From contig DNVR01000019.1 of NCBI GenBank assembly GCA_003507445.1, forward strand, positions 142,132 to 206,131: a DNA stretch of 64,000 bases, given 5' to 3'. Each line of letters opens with the position of its first letter. Positions within the stretch are counted from its first letter, which is position 1. Shown here piece after piece: positions 29,410 to 39,236 of this stretch. The notes beneath the pieces were generated by a model. The model had not been told where the DNA came from. It was given only the letters and a program-made list of their open reading frames with translations, and did not search any database. The stretch is from Candidatus Moraniibacteriota bacterium. GTDB taxonomy: Bacteria > Patescibacteriota > Minisyncoccia > Moranbacterales > GWC2-37-73. The translations under genes were made by a program, and so were the position numbers.

Positions 29410-30354
29410 ATGCAATTCATCGGTAATACAAAATCAGTAAACTTGCTTCAAAAAGCGTTTGAGCACAATGCTCTCGGGCATGCGTATCTTTTTTCTGGGC
29501 CGGAAAAGGTGGGGAAGTTTACTTTGGCAAAAATGTTTGCGCTGAGTGTAATTGCTGGCACTGAATTAAATCTGGATATTGATAATGTTGATAAAAACGC
29601 AATGCTTGATTTGGTGATTGTGGAGCCGGAGATTACTGAAAAAAATGGCATCTCGCGGCAGCGTGACATTTCAATCGAATCAATAAGGGATGCCAAGCTT
29701 AGTCTTAGTCTTTTTCCTTATCACGGAAAATATAAGGTTCTTATTGTTAATGATGCTCATCGTATGACAAATGGTTGTCAAAATGCACTGTTGAAAATTC
29801 TTGAAGAGCCTAATCCGACAACTATTCTTATTTTGATAACCAATGAGGTTGATAGGATTCTGCCTACGATACTTTCACGTTTGCAAGTTGTTAATTTTGG
29901 TTTGGTTGATGATGAGGATATGAACGCTGGTTTTGCAGAAAATTTTTCTTTTCAAAAAGATTGTGTGGAGCTTTCTATTGGCAGACCTGGCTTGGCGCAA
30001 TATTTGAGCGAGCACAACGAGGAAAAACTTTTTAGAACCAACGCTTTGATGGAGCTTGAAAAAATCAGAAAGGGTACATTGAATGAAAAGTTTAAGTTGG
30101 CGGAAGAGCTTTCCAAAGATGCGGTTCGAACTCTTGATAAATTGAATGTTTGGCTTTGGGAAATTAGAAAGATTGCTGTCGACGTAAACCCGCCTCGCGT
30201 CGACGAGCAGTCGTTTCCGCGAGTCGAGGCGGGTCAGGTAGAAAGTAACAGGGCCTGTGCTATCATTGAAAAAATTCAGAAAGCTATGATAGTTTTGAAA
30301 CGGACGAATGCTAACTCGAGACTTATTTTAGAAACTTTGTTTATGGATATGTAG
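29410..30354 (+). CDS. holB: DNA polymerase III delta' subunit
   Basis: HAYLFSGP..GK, QNALLKILEEP, LPTILSR. Confidence 0.9.
   Translation: MQFIGNTKSVNLLQKAFEHNALGHAYLFSGPEKVGKFTLAKMFALSVIAGTELNLDIDNVDKNAMLDLVIVEPEITEKNGISRQRDISIESIRDAKLSLSLFPYHGKYKVLIVNDAHRMTNGCQNALLKILEEPNPTTILILITNEVDRILPTILSRLQVVNFGLVDDEDMNAGFAENFSFQKDCVELSIGRPGLAQYLSEHNEEKLFRTNALMELEKIRKGTLNEKFKLAEELSKDAVRTLDKLNVWLWEIRKIAVDVNPPRVDEQSFPRVEAGQVESNRACAIIEKIQKAMIVLKRTNANSRLILETLFMDM
30188..30234. repeat. GC-rich palindromic element in frame in holB
   Basis: ACCCGCCTCG..CGAGGCGGGT; reads NPPRVDEQSFPRVEAG. Confidence 0.75.
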
Positions 30355-30390
30355 TTATTGATTCGTATATAATTAGGATATAATTTGGAT

Positions 30391-31275
30391 ATGTCGAGAA
30401 AATATATAAAAAATTGTACGGGAAATGATTGTGAAGAAGAAAAAAAGTCTTCACGATTTTTCTCGGTGTTTATTTTTTATACATTGCTGGTCTGCTTTAT
30501 TGGTGTGACTGGATATGTTGTGTTTTTTTCTCAGCATCTTCAAATTGTAAACATTGCAGTCTCAGGCACAAAAGAACTTAATGGGCAGGAAATTCAGCAG
30601 ATTGTTAGTAATTCGCTGCAAGGAAAATATTTAGGAATAATTCCAAAAAATAATTTTTTGTTTGTTTCACAAAGAAAGTTTGAAAATCTCTTGAATGAAA
30701 AATTTAAAAAAATTCGAACACTGAGTGTGATTAAAAAATTTCCAGACACTGTGAGCATAGAAATCGACGAACGAAAAGCATTGCTGGTTTGGTGTAGCAG
30801 TGAAAAATGTTATTTGCTTGATGAAAATGGCACGGCGTATAGCGAAGCTGATTTTTCATCGCCGGAACTTATGGGCAACAACCTTTTGCAAATAAATGAA
30901 ACCAACAGGAGAGACGTGACGATTGGCGATAAAATAATTGAGCCTGCTTATGAGCAATATGCACTTGCCATCAAAGATTCCTTGGCAGCTCTTGGTTTTG
31001 AGGCAACTGGTCAATATTTCACGCCATCACGAATGGCTGAAGAAATCAATGTGAAAACAACTCAGGAAACAGAATTTTATTTTTCAACTCAATTTTCTTT
31101 GGATTCAGCCATAAGAACATTGGAAACTGTTTTGAAAAAAGAAATTCCTGAGGACAAGAAAGGGGAAATCGCATATATCGATCTTCGCAATGAAAACAAG
31201 GTTTTCTATAAATTCAAAAACACCGACCCGTCCGCAGATGAAAACTCACAAACAGAAAAGGTTGAGGTAAAATAA
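30391..31275 (+). CDS. ftsQ: FtsQ/DivIB-type POTRA domain cell division protein
   Basis: One TM helix, KKFPDT..IDER, LLDENG, YIDLR. Confidence 0.8.
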   Translation: MSRKYIKNCTGNDCEEEKKSSRFFSVFIFYTLLVCFIGVTGYVVFFSQHLQIVNIAVSGTKELNGQEIQQIVSNSLQGKYLGIIPKNNFLFVSQRKFENLLNEKFKKIRTLSVIKKFPDTVSIEIDERKALLVWCSSEKCYLLDENGTAYSEADFSSPELMGNNLLQINETNRRDVTIGDKIIEPAYEQYALAIKDSLAALGFEATGQYFTPSRMAEEINVKTTQETEFYFSTQFSLDSAIRTLETVLKKEIPEDKKGEIAYIDLRNENKVFYKFKNTDPSADENSQTEKVEVK

Positions 31276-31324
31276 CTTGTTGCTCTCGAGCGACGGGTTG
31301 AACCAGTCAGTCGTGACTGACGGG

Positions 31325-33172
31325 TTATTCTATTGCAAATGGTACATAATAAATCATAATTGAATTTCCAATCATATCAATTGGCTGGTATTGCTGTGTC
31401 CAAGCGTAATTTGTTGCAGGAGTCTTGTTGACTTTGTCGTATATGCTGGTCTGAAGTGAATTCGTTGAAATGGCATACCAGCCAGCTTCAATTGGGCGTT
31501 TGGAATCCCAACCAGAAACATATTTATCTCCCAGATAATATGCTGGATTTCCTCCACCAAAATAATCCACATTAATCTTTTTTATTTGAGGATTTTCATC
31601 CAAAAATATTTTTAATCTGCCCAAATCCTGCCCCCAGTCAACATTTGAGTCTGTTACATATTTGTATCCGTTTTTGCTGCCACCAATTGATTCATTAAAA
31701 TATGAAACATAGTTGGGATAATTAAAAATTGGTATGATAATAATCCAAGTTATTAAGATGGAAAAAATAATTTGAAGTTGATGTTTTGTGACAAAATGTT
31801 TGTGTCTGAGAAAATCAAAAACTTTTTTAGTTACTAGCAAATATGCTAATGGCATAATCGGAAAGAGGTGTCGAAGGCCAATGTTCAGATTTCCAGTAAT
31901 ACTGAGATATGAATAAAGAGCAATAAAACCAAAGAGGGAATATTGCATCACGCCTGTTTGCAAAAAGCGTTTGAAATTTTTTCCAATACTTTTTTCAGTT
32001 ATTGATCTTTTGAATGTTCTTGTGATTTGTGCTCCAGTATAAATCAGTGAAAAAAGAATCAGCATCAGAAATGGAAGAGTTTCCTTAAGTAGAAATACCA
32101 ATGGAAAATATGCAGGAGATGCCTTGCTGGAAACATTGTTCAAAAAATATGCACCATTTCCTCCAGCGACACGTTTGAACACCATCGTGACACCAAGGAA
32201 ATATTCAGCGTATGGGCGAAGTATTGATGAAGAATTGAAAAAGCTTAAAGCTTTATTAGTGGTCATGCTAAGTGGATTTGGATCGCTAAGCGGAAAGGAA
32301 AAATTTATCTGTCTGGCAATAATTTCTTGCGGCATATTAAACGTGTTTGCGAAATACAAAATCCAGACAATAATCATTGAGATTGCGAAAGCTGCAAGAC
32401 CTTTTATCAAATATGAAAAAAATAATTTTGTGCGCAAAAAATTCTCTTTGATTTCGGTGTCATCGTGAGAGATTTTTTTAATCAGTGGATATCCAAGAAG
32501 AACAAGTCCAAGAATTGGAAAAGCCATTATAGATGAAAATTTTACTGAGCTCACGAGACCCAGAAAAACTCCGCCAATCGCAGCATTTTTCCAAGTTGGA
32601 TTTTTGATGAATTTGAGAAAATAATAAAAAGCAAAAGTTAGAAATGCTGCAATTCCAATGTCAGTTGTAACATAGTGATTGTGTCCCAGGATATTTGGAT
32701 CAAAAGCATATAGGGTCAAAACAAAAAGTCCACCCAAGATCCCAGCAATTTCCTTGCCCCACATAAAAAGAAACAAACCAAGAAGCACTGAGATTAAAAC
32801 AATTGGAAGTCGAGACCAAAAAAGAATTTGATCAGGATTATTGCCAGTTTCATACAAAAGATGTTTTCCGGCAACCCATTGTCCATCATCCCAAATCCTG
32901 TTTAAACCTTCACCCGTCCAAAATTGTTGGGTTGTGTCAAAGTTAAGATTGAGAAATGCCAGTGGAATGCCGATTAAATCTTTGAGTAGCGGTGGATGTT
33001 CAGGATTAAGACGCATATCCTGCTGAGTGATGTAGCTGTATCCTGCAGGAATGTGCGCGACTTCATCAAAAGTGGCTGTGTCATTTTTTGCGTTTAGCAA
33101 AGACACTGTGACAAAAAATGTCATAATAATAAGAACAATCCAGCGGTAATGTTTTTTTAATAATGATTCCAT
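31325..33172 (-). CDS. GT39/PMT/ArnT-like membrane glycosyltransferase
   Basis: TFDEVAH, NPEHPPL, multiple TM helices, DSNVDWGQD. Confidence 0.85.
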   Translation of the reverse strand: MESLLKKHYRWIVLIIMTFFVTVSLLNAKNDTATFDEVAHIPAGYSYITQQDMRLNPEHPPLLKDLIGIPLAFLNLNFDTTQQFWTGEGLNRIWDDGQWVAGKHLLYETGNNPDQILFWSRLPIVLISVLLGLFLFMWGKEIAGILGGLFVLTLYAFDPNILGHNHYVTTDIGIAAFLTFAFYYFLKFIKNPTWKNAAIGGVFLGLVSSVKFSSIMAFPILGLVLLGYPLIKKISHDDTEIKENFLRTKLFFSYLIKGLAAFAISMIIVWILYFANTFNMPQEIIARQINFSFPLSDPNPLSMTTNKALSFFNSSSILRPYAEYFLGVTMVFKRVAGGNGAYFLNNVSSKASPAYFPLVFLLKETLPFLMLILFSLIYTGAQITRTFKRSITEKSIGKNFKRFLQTGVMQYSLFGFIALYSYLSITGNLNIGLRHLFPIMPLAYLLVTKKVFDFLRHKHFVTKHQLQIIFSILITWIIIIPIFNYPNYVSYFNESIGGSKNGYKYVTDSNVDWGQDLGRLKIFLDENPQIKKINVDYFGGGNPAYYLGDKYVSGWDSKRPIEAGWYAISTNSLQTSIYDKVNKTPATNYAWTQQYQPIDMIGNSIMIYYVPFAIE

Positions 33173-33208
33173 ACTTTTTTATTTTTTTAAATTCAAATTA
33201 ATCTTCTT

Positions 33209-33324
33209 GTCATTCCTGCGTAGGCAGGAATCTAGGATTATGAAATGTGTTTATTAAATTATATTTATCAATAATAGAAATATTGTGTACTAAATCCTGG
33301 ATTCCGGGTCAAGCCCGGAATGAC
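33209..33324. repeat. GTCAT-type REP doublet
   Basis: GTCATTCCTGCGTAGGCAGGAATCTAG..CTGGATTCCGGGTCAAGCCCGGAATGAC. Confidence 0.85.
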
Positions 33325-33336
33325 AAATATGCAGTT

Positions 33337-34899
33337 TTAATTGCTTAGTGTTATGAATATATCCCCAAATTTGTTTTTGTGTTCTTGAAAAGTGAGATTA
33401 GGAATTCTTCCGCGGAGCGAGTTTATTGAATTCCAGTCCCAACCAGTGAAGATTATTTCAATTTTTTCATTGCCTTCAACTTTGATGTTGTTGATTTCGT
33501 GAGGATAAACATAAAAAGTGTTTGGAAGTGTCGGGTTGAGATAATTGATTGTTAGTCTTGGCATAGCGCCTGTAATAATATATTTCTTTTCGCTTTGAGG
33601 AAGAGCTCGAATATAATCAGAGATTGCTCTCGTGTTGGCTTCAAAAACCTGATGCTGTTTTGGGCTATTAGCAAAAAAGACAAAATATTTAATTGGATCA
33701 GCTAGTCCGATAAAAACGAAAACTCCTGTGAGAATGGAGATGGTAAAAATTTTGTAGCTGTGTCCAAATTGATTATATTTTTTTAATATCCAAAGAAAAG
33801 GAAGAATCGAAATCATTATCACTACCGGCAATGTTCCAATGGAGCGCAGTGCGTGAGGATTTCCTTCGTTGGCCAAAAATTCTGGAATAAGCATCGCAAA
33901 AAACCAAGATAAAAGGAAAATATAAACATCCATTTTTTCATCTCGAACACCCTTGTATATTCGCAGCCAAAACAATTGCAAAAATTTAGCAATGATATAT
34001 ATGAATCCGATTAAAAAAGAAATTCCAACGATGGGATTAAGCAGTGGATAAGGTGGATAATTATGTCTCATATTGAGATCGCCCATTACAAAATATTTTT
34101 GCAAACTCAGCCCAAATGTCTTGGCGATTGTTAGTGGAAGATTTCCGCCATTGGTGGCTGAATTGAAAACAGAAATTGCACTTGTGCGTGAAGCATAATG
34201 CTGAGGGTTATAAACGAAAAAATCAAGCAGCATTGGAGTGGCTGTGACTAGCATCGCAAAAGCGAAAACAAGAGTGTGTTTCCAATAGTTTAATAAAAAG
34301 TTTTTGCGAGTGATGATAAGTGAGATGAGCAGCACTACCAAGATCAGTGGGGAAACGCGAAAGGCAATATACGTGTGAACACCAAGTCCATAAATCAAAC
34401 CTGCAATAACAAAATCGTGAAGTTTTTTCGTGCGCAGACCTTTAAAGAGAAAGTAAAAAGAAAAAGAAAGAAGAAATGGAACCATAATAGCCCGAAAGCC
34501 GATGCGCGAAAAGTTGATCGCCCAATATGAAAATGCAGTCAGATATGCGCCAATCAGAGCAGCAGCATAACTTTTGAAAAGTTCTTTGGTAAGGAGAAAA
34601 ACACCCAGAACCGTCAGCGTGCCAAAAATAATCGACCAAAGTTTGAGCGCAAATTCAGTCGGACCAAAAACCTTGATTGAAAGTGCCTGCAGGTTTATAA
34701 ACAATCCTTCGCGACCTTGATTTCCTTCATAAAAAATTTTATATTCCCCAGTCGCATTCGCAAGTTGTGCATCAACGCCATTTTGAGCTTCGTCAGGATA
34801 TATTCCCGCCGGAATGTTTTTGATATTAGTCACTCTCAGCGCAAAAGCCGCAATCAGAATTGCCAGCAGCAGCCCCCAGACGATTTTTTTGTTTTGCAT
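33337..34899 (-). CDS. GT39/ArnT-like membrane glycosyltransferase
   Basis: PAGIYPDEA, FSRIGFR, multiple TM helices, PHALR. Confidence 0.85.
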   Translation of the reverse strand: MQNKKIVWGLLLAILIAAFALRVTNIKNIPAGIYPDEAQNGVDAQLANATGEYKIFYEGNQGREGLFINLQALSIKVFGPTEFALKLWSIIFGTLTVLGVFLLTKELFKSYAAALIGAYLTAFSYWAINFSRIGFRAIMVPFLLSFSFYFLFKGLRTKKLHDFVIAGLIYGLGVHTYIAFRVSPLILVVLLISLIITRKNFLLNYWKHTLVFAFAMLVTATPMLLDFFVYNPQHYASRTSAISVFNSATNGGNLPLTIAKTFGLSLQKYFVMGDLNMRHNYPPYPLLNPIVGISFLIGFIYIIAKFLQLFWLRIYKGVRDEKMDVYIFLLSWFFAMLIPEFLANEGNPHALRSIGTLPVVIMISILPFLWILKKYNQFGHSYKIFTISILTGVFVFIGLADPIKYFVFFANSPKQHQVFEANTRAISDYIRALPQSEKKYIITGAMPRLTINYLNPTLPNTFYVYPHEINNIKVEGNEKIEIIFTGWDWNSINSLRGRIPNLTFQEHKNKFGDIFITLSN

Positions 34900-34907
34900 T
34901 TTTGTTT

Positions 34908-34953
34908 CTTGCCCCGTTAAATTCTGCCGTAGGCAGACTATTTAACTGGGGTT
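34908..34953. repeat. CCCCG-TTAAAT..ATTTAAC-GGGG palindromic element
   Basis: CTTGCCCCGTTAAAT-TCTGCCGTAGGCAGA-CTATTTAACTGGGG. Confidence 0.75.
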
Positions 34954-35050
34954 GTATTTTTGTGATTGAAATTAGTTTTTGATTCTCAATAGAATTCTCC
35001 CTGTTTCTTTATTAGCTGTATTATACCACCAATTTCAGCTTTCAGCGAGC

Positions 35051-35142
35051 TTGACACAACGTCTTTTTTGTGCTAGAATGGATGGTTATAGGATAGTCCT
35101 ATAGCAAGGCCAAAAAGGGCCTTAATAAGGGCTCTTTGACAA
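35051..35142 (+). promoter_or_regulatory. Sigma70 promoter followed by hairpins and a boxA-like site
   Basis: TTGACA-17-TAGAAT; GCTCTTTGACAA at 35131. Confidence 0.6.
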
Positions 35143-35186
35143 TATAATATGCACACACACTAATAAAGGAAAAGGGGAGGTTTATC

Positions 35187-35954
35187 ATGGCACTGGGAAG
35201 ATTTATGGCGGAAGCATTGGGCGAAGGTGCATTTCTGGGTATACTGAAGCATGCATGGGGATGGGCCGTTAGAATCATTGGCTTTTTGGGTGTTGGTGAA
35301 ATTGCTGGAAAAGCAGTTGGAGAAGAAATAAAAAAACGTCTTATTGACCCAAAAGGTTGGGAAGATGAAAATTATTTTGCTCTTGATTTATCTGAAGCCA
35401 ATGCCACACCCGACCAGAAGAATATGATCAGTAAAGCAATGAAGATGGTTGAGGATGAAGATAAATTAAATGAAACAATGTATGCGAGAAATTTTCGTAT
35501 CCTTGTGACGTTTAACGACATCACTCATCCCAGTAAGCCTGCTGTCCCAGCTGTACCTGCAGTGCTTGCCGTATCTGCTAGGCCAGCTGTTGCAGCTACT
35601 GCTACCACGGCTGCTATTCCTGCAAAACCCGCAATACCAGCTAAGCCAGCAATTCCTGCTGTGCCTGCAACTGTTCGTCCTGGAATTACAATTTTGGAAG
35701 ACCTTGCAAAATGCAATAATGTACTAGAAGTAATTTCTAGAATTATGGCAGTTGGGGTTATGCAGGACACTACTTCAAACTTTGAAAAGTTTCTGAAGTA
35801 TTTCAAAGAAGTGACATTTCCTTCACTAGAAAAAAGTTATGAATCTGTTACAAGGTCAATAACTTGTTCTATTAATGAAGCCGCTACTTCTCTTGAAGAC
35901 GAGGCTGAAAAAAGAAGGAATCGTCCAACATGGAAAAAATGGTTGTTAAATTAA
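35187..35954 (+). CDS. Hypothetical protein with a Pro-Ala tripeptide repeat
   Basis: GGGGAGG SD; PAVPAVPAV..PAKPAIPAKPAIPAVPA. Confidence 0.75.
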   Translation: MALGRFMAEALGEGAFLGILKHAWGWAVRIIGFLGVGEIAGKAVGEEIKKRLIDPKGWEDENYFALDLSEANATPDQKNMISKAMKMVEDEDKLNETMYARNFRILVTFNDITHPSKPAVPAVPAVLAVSARPAVAATATTAAIPAKPAIPAKPAIPAVPATVRPGITILEDLAKCNNVLEVISRIMAVGVMQDTTSNFEKFLKYFKEVTFPSLEKSYESVTRSITCSINEAATSLEDEAEKRRNRPTWKKWLLN

Positions 35955-35983
35955 AAACACTAATTAAAAGGGAGGATACGGAT

Positions 35984-36763
35984 ATGCTTGAAGCAATTGG
36001 GAATTTTTTTGGGAGACTTAGGGATTTGAGTCGTGAGGAGCTTGCGGATCTGCGGAAATGTTTAATTGTTGTATGGTCATTGACCATTTTTGGTGTCGTG
36101 GCAATATTGGCAATAAAACCCGCGATTGAAATTTCAGTTTGGATCACGGTTTTTCCCTGGATGTATAGCGCATATCGACTGTATTCAGTCAGGCGGATTA
36201 TTAATGTGCACCTGACAGGGGAAGCACTTGAGTTGGCAAGGGTGCCGGTTGCAGATCCGTCTGAACCGCGCCAGGAAACAGGAGTATTTGATAACGATTT
36301 CATTCGAGGTTATCTGTCAATAATTTCCAATATCTTTCTGGTGCAAACCGCACTTTTCCTGGTACTGCCACTGTATGTCAATTATACATTTGGCGGAATG
36401 ACTGCGGCGATTGTAATCTTGATGTTGATGGTTGTTATTGCTATAGATAACTTCACGTCATTTAAGAGATTGTCGCGGTTCACGGTTAAGGTGGCAGTTG
36501 TTGCATATACTGTGGGGTTAGTATTTGTTTTGTTTCCGCAAACTGGCTTTTATATGAATGAGCTGGTTGGGGACAGAATAAAAATAATCCCAGCTTCGAC
36601 TGCGAAACTCGTCAATGACATTGATGATTTTCAGAAGCAGAAAAAAATTGAGGCTAATGATAAATTCTTGAAAGATGTCGCTGAATACCAGAAACGACAT
36701 CCCAAAGAAGAAATGCCTCAGGCTATAAGAGATGAAATTAAAAAAATAAAAAAGGAAGGGTAG
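35984..36763 (+). CDS. Hypothetical integral membrane protein
   Basis: GGGAGG SD; about five hydrophobic helices. Confidence 0.75.
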   Translation: MLEAIGNFFGRLRDLSREELADLRKCLIVVWSLTIFGVVAILAIKPAIEISVWITVFPWMYSAYRLYSVRRIINVHLTGEALELARVPVADPSEPRQETGVFDNDFIRGYLSIISNIFLVQTALFLVLPLYVNYTFGGMTAAIVILMLMVVIAIDNFTSFKRLSRFTVKVAVVAYTVGLVFVLFPQTGFYMNELVGDRIKIIPASTAKLVNDIDDFQKQKKIEANDKFLKDVAEYQKRHPKEEMPQAIRDEIKKIKKEG

Positions 36764-36906
36764 GTCACGCCAAAGAGTTGGCGTGAGGAGGGGCGCAATA
36801 ATGGAATCATCCATTGTTGCGCCTTTTAATTTTCCTAAAATTGCTATGGGATAAAAATGAATTTTATGATATAATTTTAGAGTAAATAAAATACTTTTAG
36901 TCTTCT

Positions 36907-39222
36907 ATGGATTTTTTTAAATTTCCTAAAATTTTACGTGAAAAATCTGAACTAGACACGTCTGGTCAAAAGGCTTTTTTGAAATCCGCTGAACCAATGC
37001 GACCACTTTTTGTGAAAAATTTAGACGAAGCTATTGAAGATCAAATCACAGAAAAAGATGTGCCAGTAGATTTAAAAGCCGAAGCTTCTCTTTTGGGTGC
37101 AAAAGATCTTGGAGCTGCAGCTGCATCAGCAATGACCAAAAGACAGGAAAGGATTCGTAAAGATATGGTCGAAAAATATTTTGAAGAAATATTTCACACA
37201 CAAAAAAAAGAATTTCAAGATTTAAAAGATGAAGATAAAAAGGTTATAAATGATGAGAAATCGGATTTTTTGGAAGAAATTAAAAGTTCTTTTAATGCTG
37301 TTACTAATGAGGATGTTGAAAATGGGCTAAGGGATCGATTCTTAAATCAATTGCATGAAATGAAAATTTCAAAGGAGGCAAGGGATTATGTTAGAAAGGT
37401 GTGCGGTGGAATTGAGGTTGATGAGTTCTTGGGAAGAAAAGAGAATAAAGGCCTGGAGGAAATATTTAAAGAAGCTAAAGGTCTCATATTGAAAACAAAT
37501 GAAACAAAAAAGCAATTTCGTGCAAATAACCCAGGTATTAAGCTTGTGCGTGATTTTACTTTTGATTTAGTGGAAAAAATAGATTACTTTATACAGAAAA
37601 TAGATGAAGATATTGATTTTTTTACTGTCGAGGAGGAGGCTTTGTGTAAAAAAGTATTAGGAGCCTCCAAAGGAATCATTAAGGGTAATGGCAAGAAAAC
37701 ATCGATCGTAATGGACGGATTCACGTACAATGCAGATAGCGCCAATGTGGTAATAAATGAGGTAAAGCCAGCAGCAGTTGAAACTGACGCTGAAAAAGAA
37801 GAAAGAATGAAATTTTCCAGAGCTGGTGCTCAAATAACATTGCAACGAGTTGATAAGTGGGAGGATCTTGACGTTGTTGATCCTGCTGAAAAAGGTGAAC
37901 ATAAGGGCGATAAAAATTTTATAGAAAAAACCAAAAAACTTTGGAAAGAATTTGCGGTCCATGGACTTTATAAAGATGGTAAATTGCAGAAGTTTACTGA
38001 TTTAGATGGTAAAGGTTGCTTGGAATTGTTAAAGTTAGCCAAGATAAATATAAAAGATTTAAAATATATTGATCCTGGTACTTTTGAAGAAGGAAGAATT
38101 AATTTAGATACTGGCGGAAAAGATGGTGTGGTGGCTGAGGATTTTGATAAAGAGAATAAAAAAACAGCTTTTATTGATCATCATGGTGAAGAATCATTGG
38201 CTGATTCTTCTGCAACCGCTAAAACGTATCGAATGTTGGTTGACTTGGGGTTATTAGAAAAGAATCCAAAGCTGGATGAAATGGTAAAATTTGTAAATCA
38301 AGTAGATAATGCACAGTATCCTAAGATAGAAACATATTTTGAAAATTCTCATAAGACAATTATTGGCTTGCAAAATTATATTCATGGATCAAAGTTGGTA
38401 AATTTTTTCATGAAAGATAATAATCCTGACCCAACCAGAGAATTGTCTGAAGGTGAATTAAAGAAATATGGCTTTATATATCCTGGTGTTGGTGATAAAA
38501 AGGGAACTATTGTAAACAGGAGTGAAAATCAGAGAAATGTTAAAGAAAAATCAAAAGAAAGTCTTGAAAGAATGGAAAAAGAAGGATTTATAATTACTTC
38601 TGATCGTTATGGAAAAATTGCAGTAAGTATTGAAAATGGAATTGAAAAGAAAAATATCCCAGGTGATATCTTGGCTGTTAAGGCGTTTGGTTGTGACTCT
38701 CTTGTTATTTGGAACCCAAGAGAAAATAAATTTAAAATTTCTACCAATAACGAAATAACCGAAGAATATTCTCAAGGTGTTAAAGTGCGTGGCATAATGT
38801 GGGTAAAAAATAATAGCGATAGTTCAGAACTAACTGTTACGCTTGGGGAGATTTTGAATAAAATGACAGATGGAAAATTGGTGGCTGAAGGAAAATTGAA
38901 AGAATATTTGGAGCAAGAAGTGGCTTTGCCAGTCTCAAATGCGGATGCATTATCAGTTGAAGCGCCAAAAGAAAAAACTCCAGAAGATTTGTTCAAAGAT
39001 CTGATTGTGGAACTCTCTGTTTTTAATGTAGAAAGATATCAATTGTTGTATAATGAAATGATGGATGTGGCTGGGAAAAAGGGAGTAGTTGGAGATGAAA
39101 AAAAGAAGCTAGTTTTGAGTGTGTTGCCCAATGTTGTTGAACGTGATATTGCAAGGCACACAAAAAAAAGAGGCGAGGAGTTAGAAAAGATTTCTGAGTA
39201 TATTTTGAGTCAAATAAAATAA
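36907..39222 (+). CDS. Large protein with a DHH phosphoesterase-like domain
   Basis: VHG, TDLDG, NLDTGG, IDHH and SSAT motifs in DHH-family order. Confidence 0.6.
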   Translation: MDFFKFPKILREKSELDTSGQKAFLKSAEPMRPLFVKNLDEAIEDQITEKDVPVDLKAEASLLGAKDLGAAAASAMTKRQERIRKDMVEKYFEEIFHTQKKEFQDLKDEDKKVINDEKSDFLEEIKSSFNAVTNEDVENGLRDRFLNQLHEMKISKEARDYVRKVCGGIEVDEFLGRKENKGLEEIFKEAKGLILKTNETKKQFRANNPGIKLVRDFTFDLVEKIDYFIQKIDEDIDFFTVEEEALCKKVLGASKGIIKGNGKKTSIVMDGFTYNADSANVVINEVKPAAVETDAEKEERMKFSRAGAQITLQRVDKWEDLDVVDPAEKGEHKGDKNFIEKTKKLWKEFAVHGLYKDGKLQKFTDLDGKGCLELLKLAKINIKDLKYIDPGTFEEGRINLDTGGKDGVVAEDFDKENKKTAFIDHHGEESLADSSATAKTYRMLVDLGLLEKNPKLDEMVKFVNQVDNAQYPKIETYFENSHKTIIGLQNYIHGSKLVNFFMKDNNPDPTRELSEGELKKYGFIYPGVGDKKGTIVNRSENQRNVKEKSKESLERMEKEGFIITSDRYGKIAVSIENGIEKKNIPGDILAVKAFGCDSLVIWNPRENKFKISTNNEITEEYSQGVKVRGIMWVKNNSDSSELTVTLGEILNKMTDGKLVAEGKLKEYLEQEVALPVSNADALSVEAPKEKTPEDLFKDLIVELSVFNVERYQLLYNEMMDVAGKKGVVGDEKKKLVLSVLPNVVERDIARHTKKRGEELEKISEYILSQIK

Positions 39223-39236
39223 AGTTACAAAACAAA

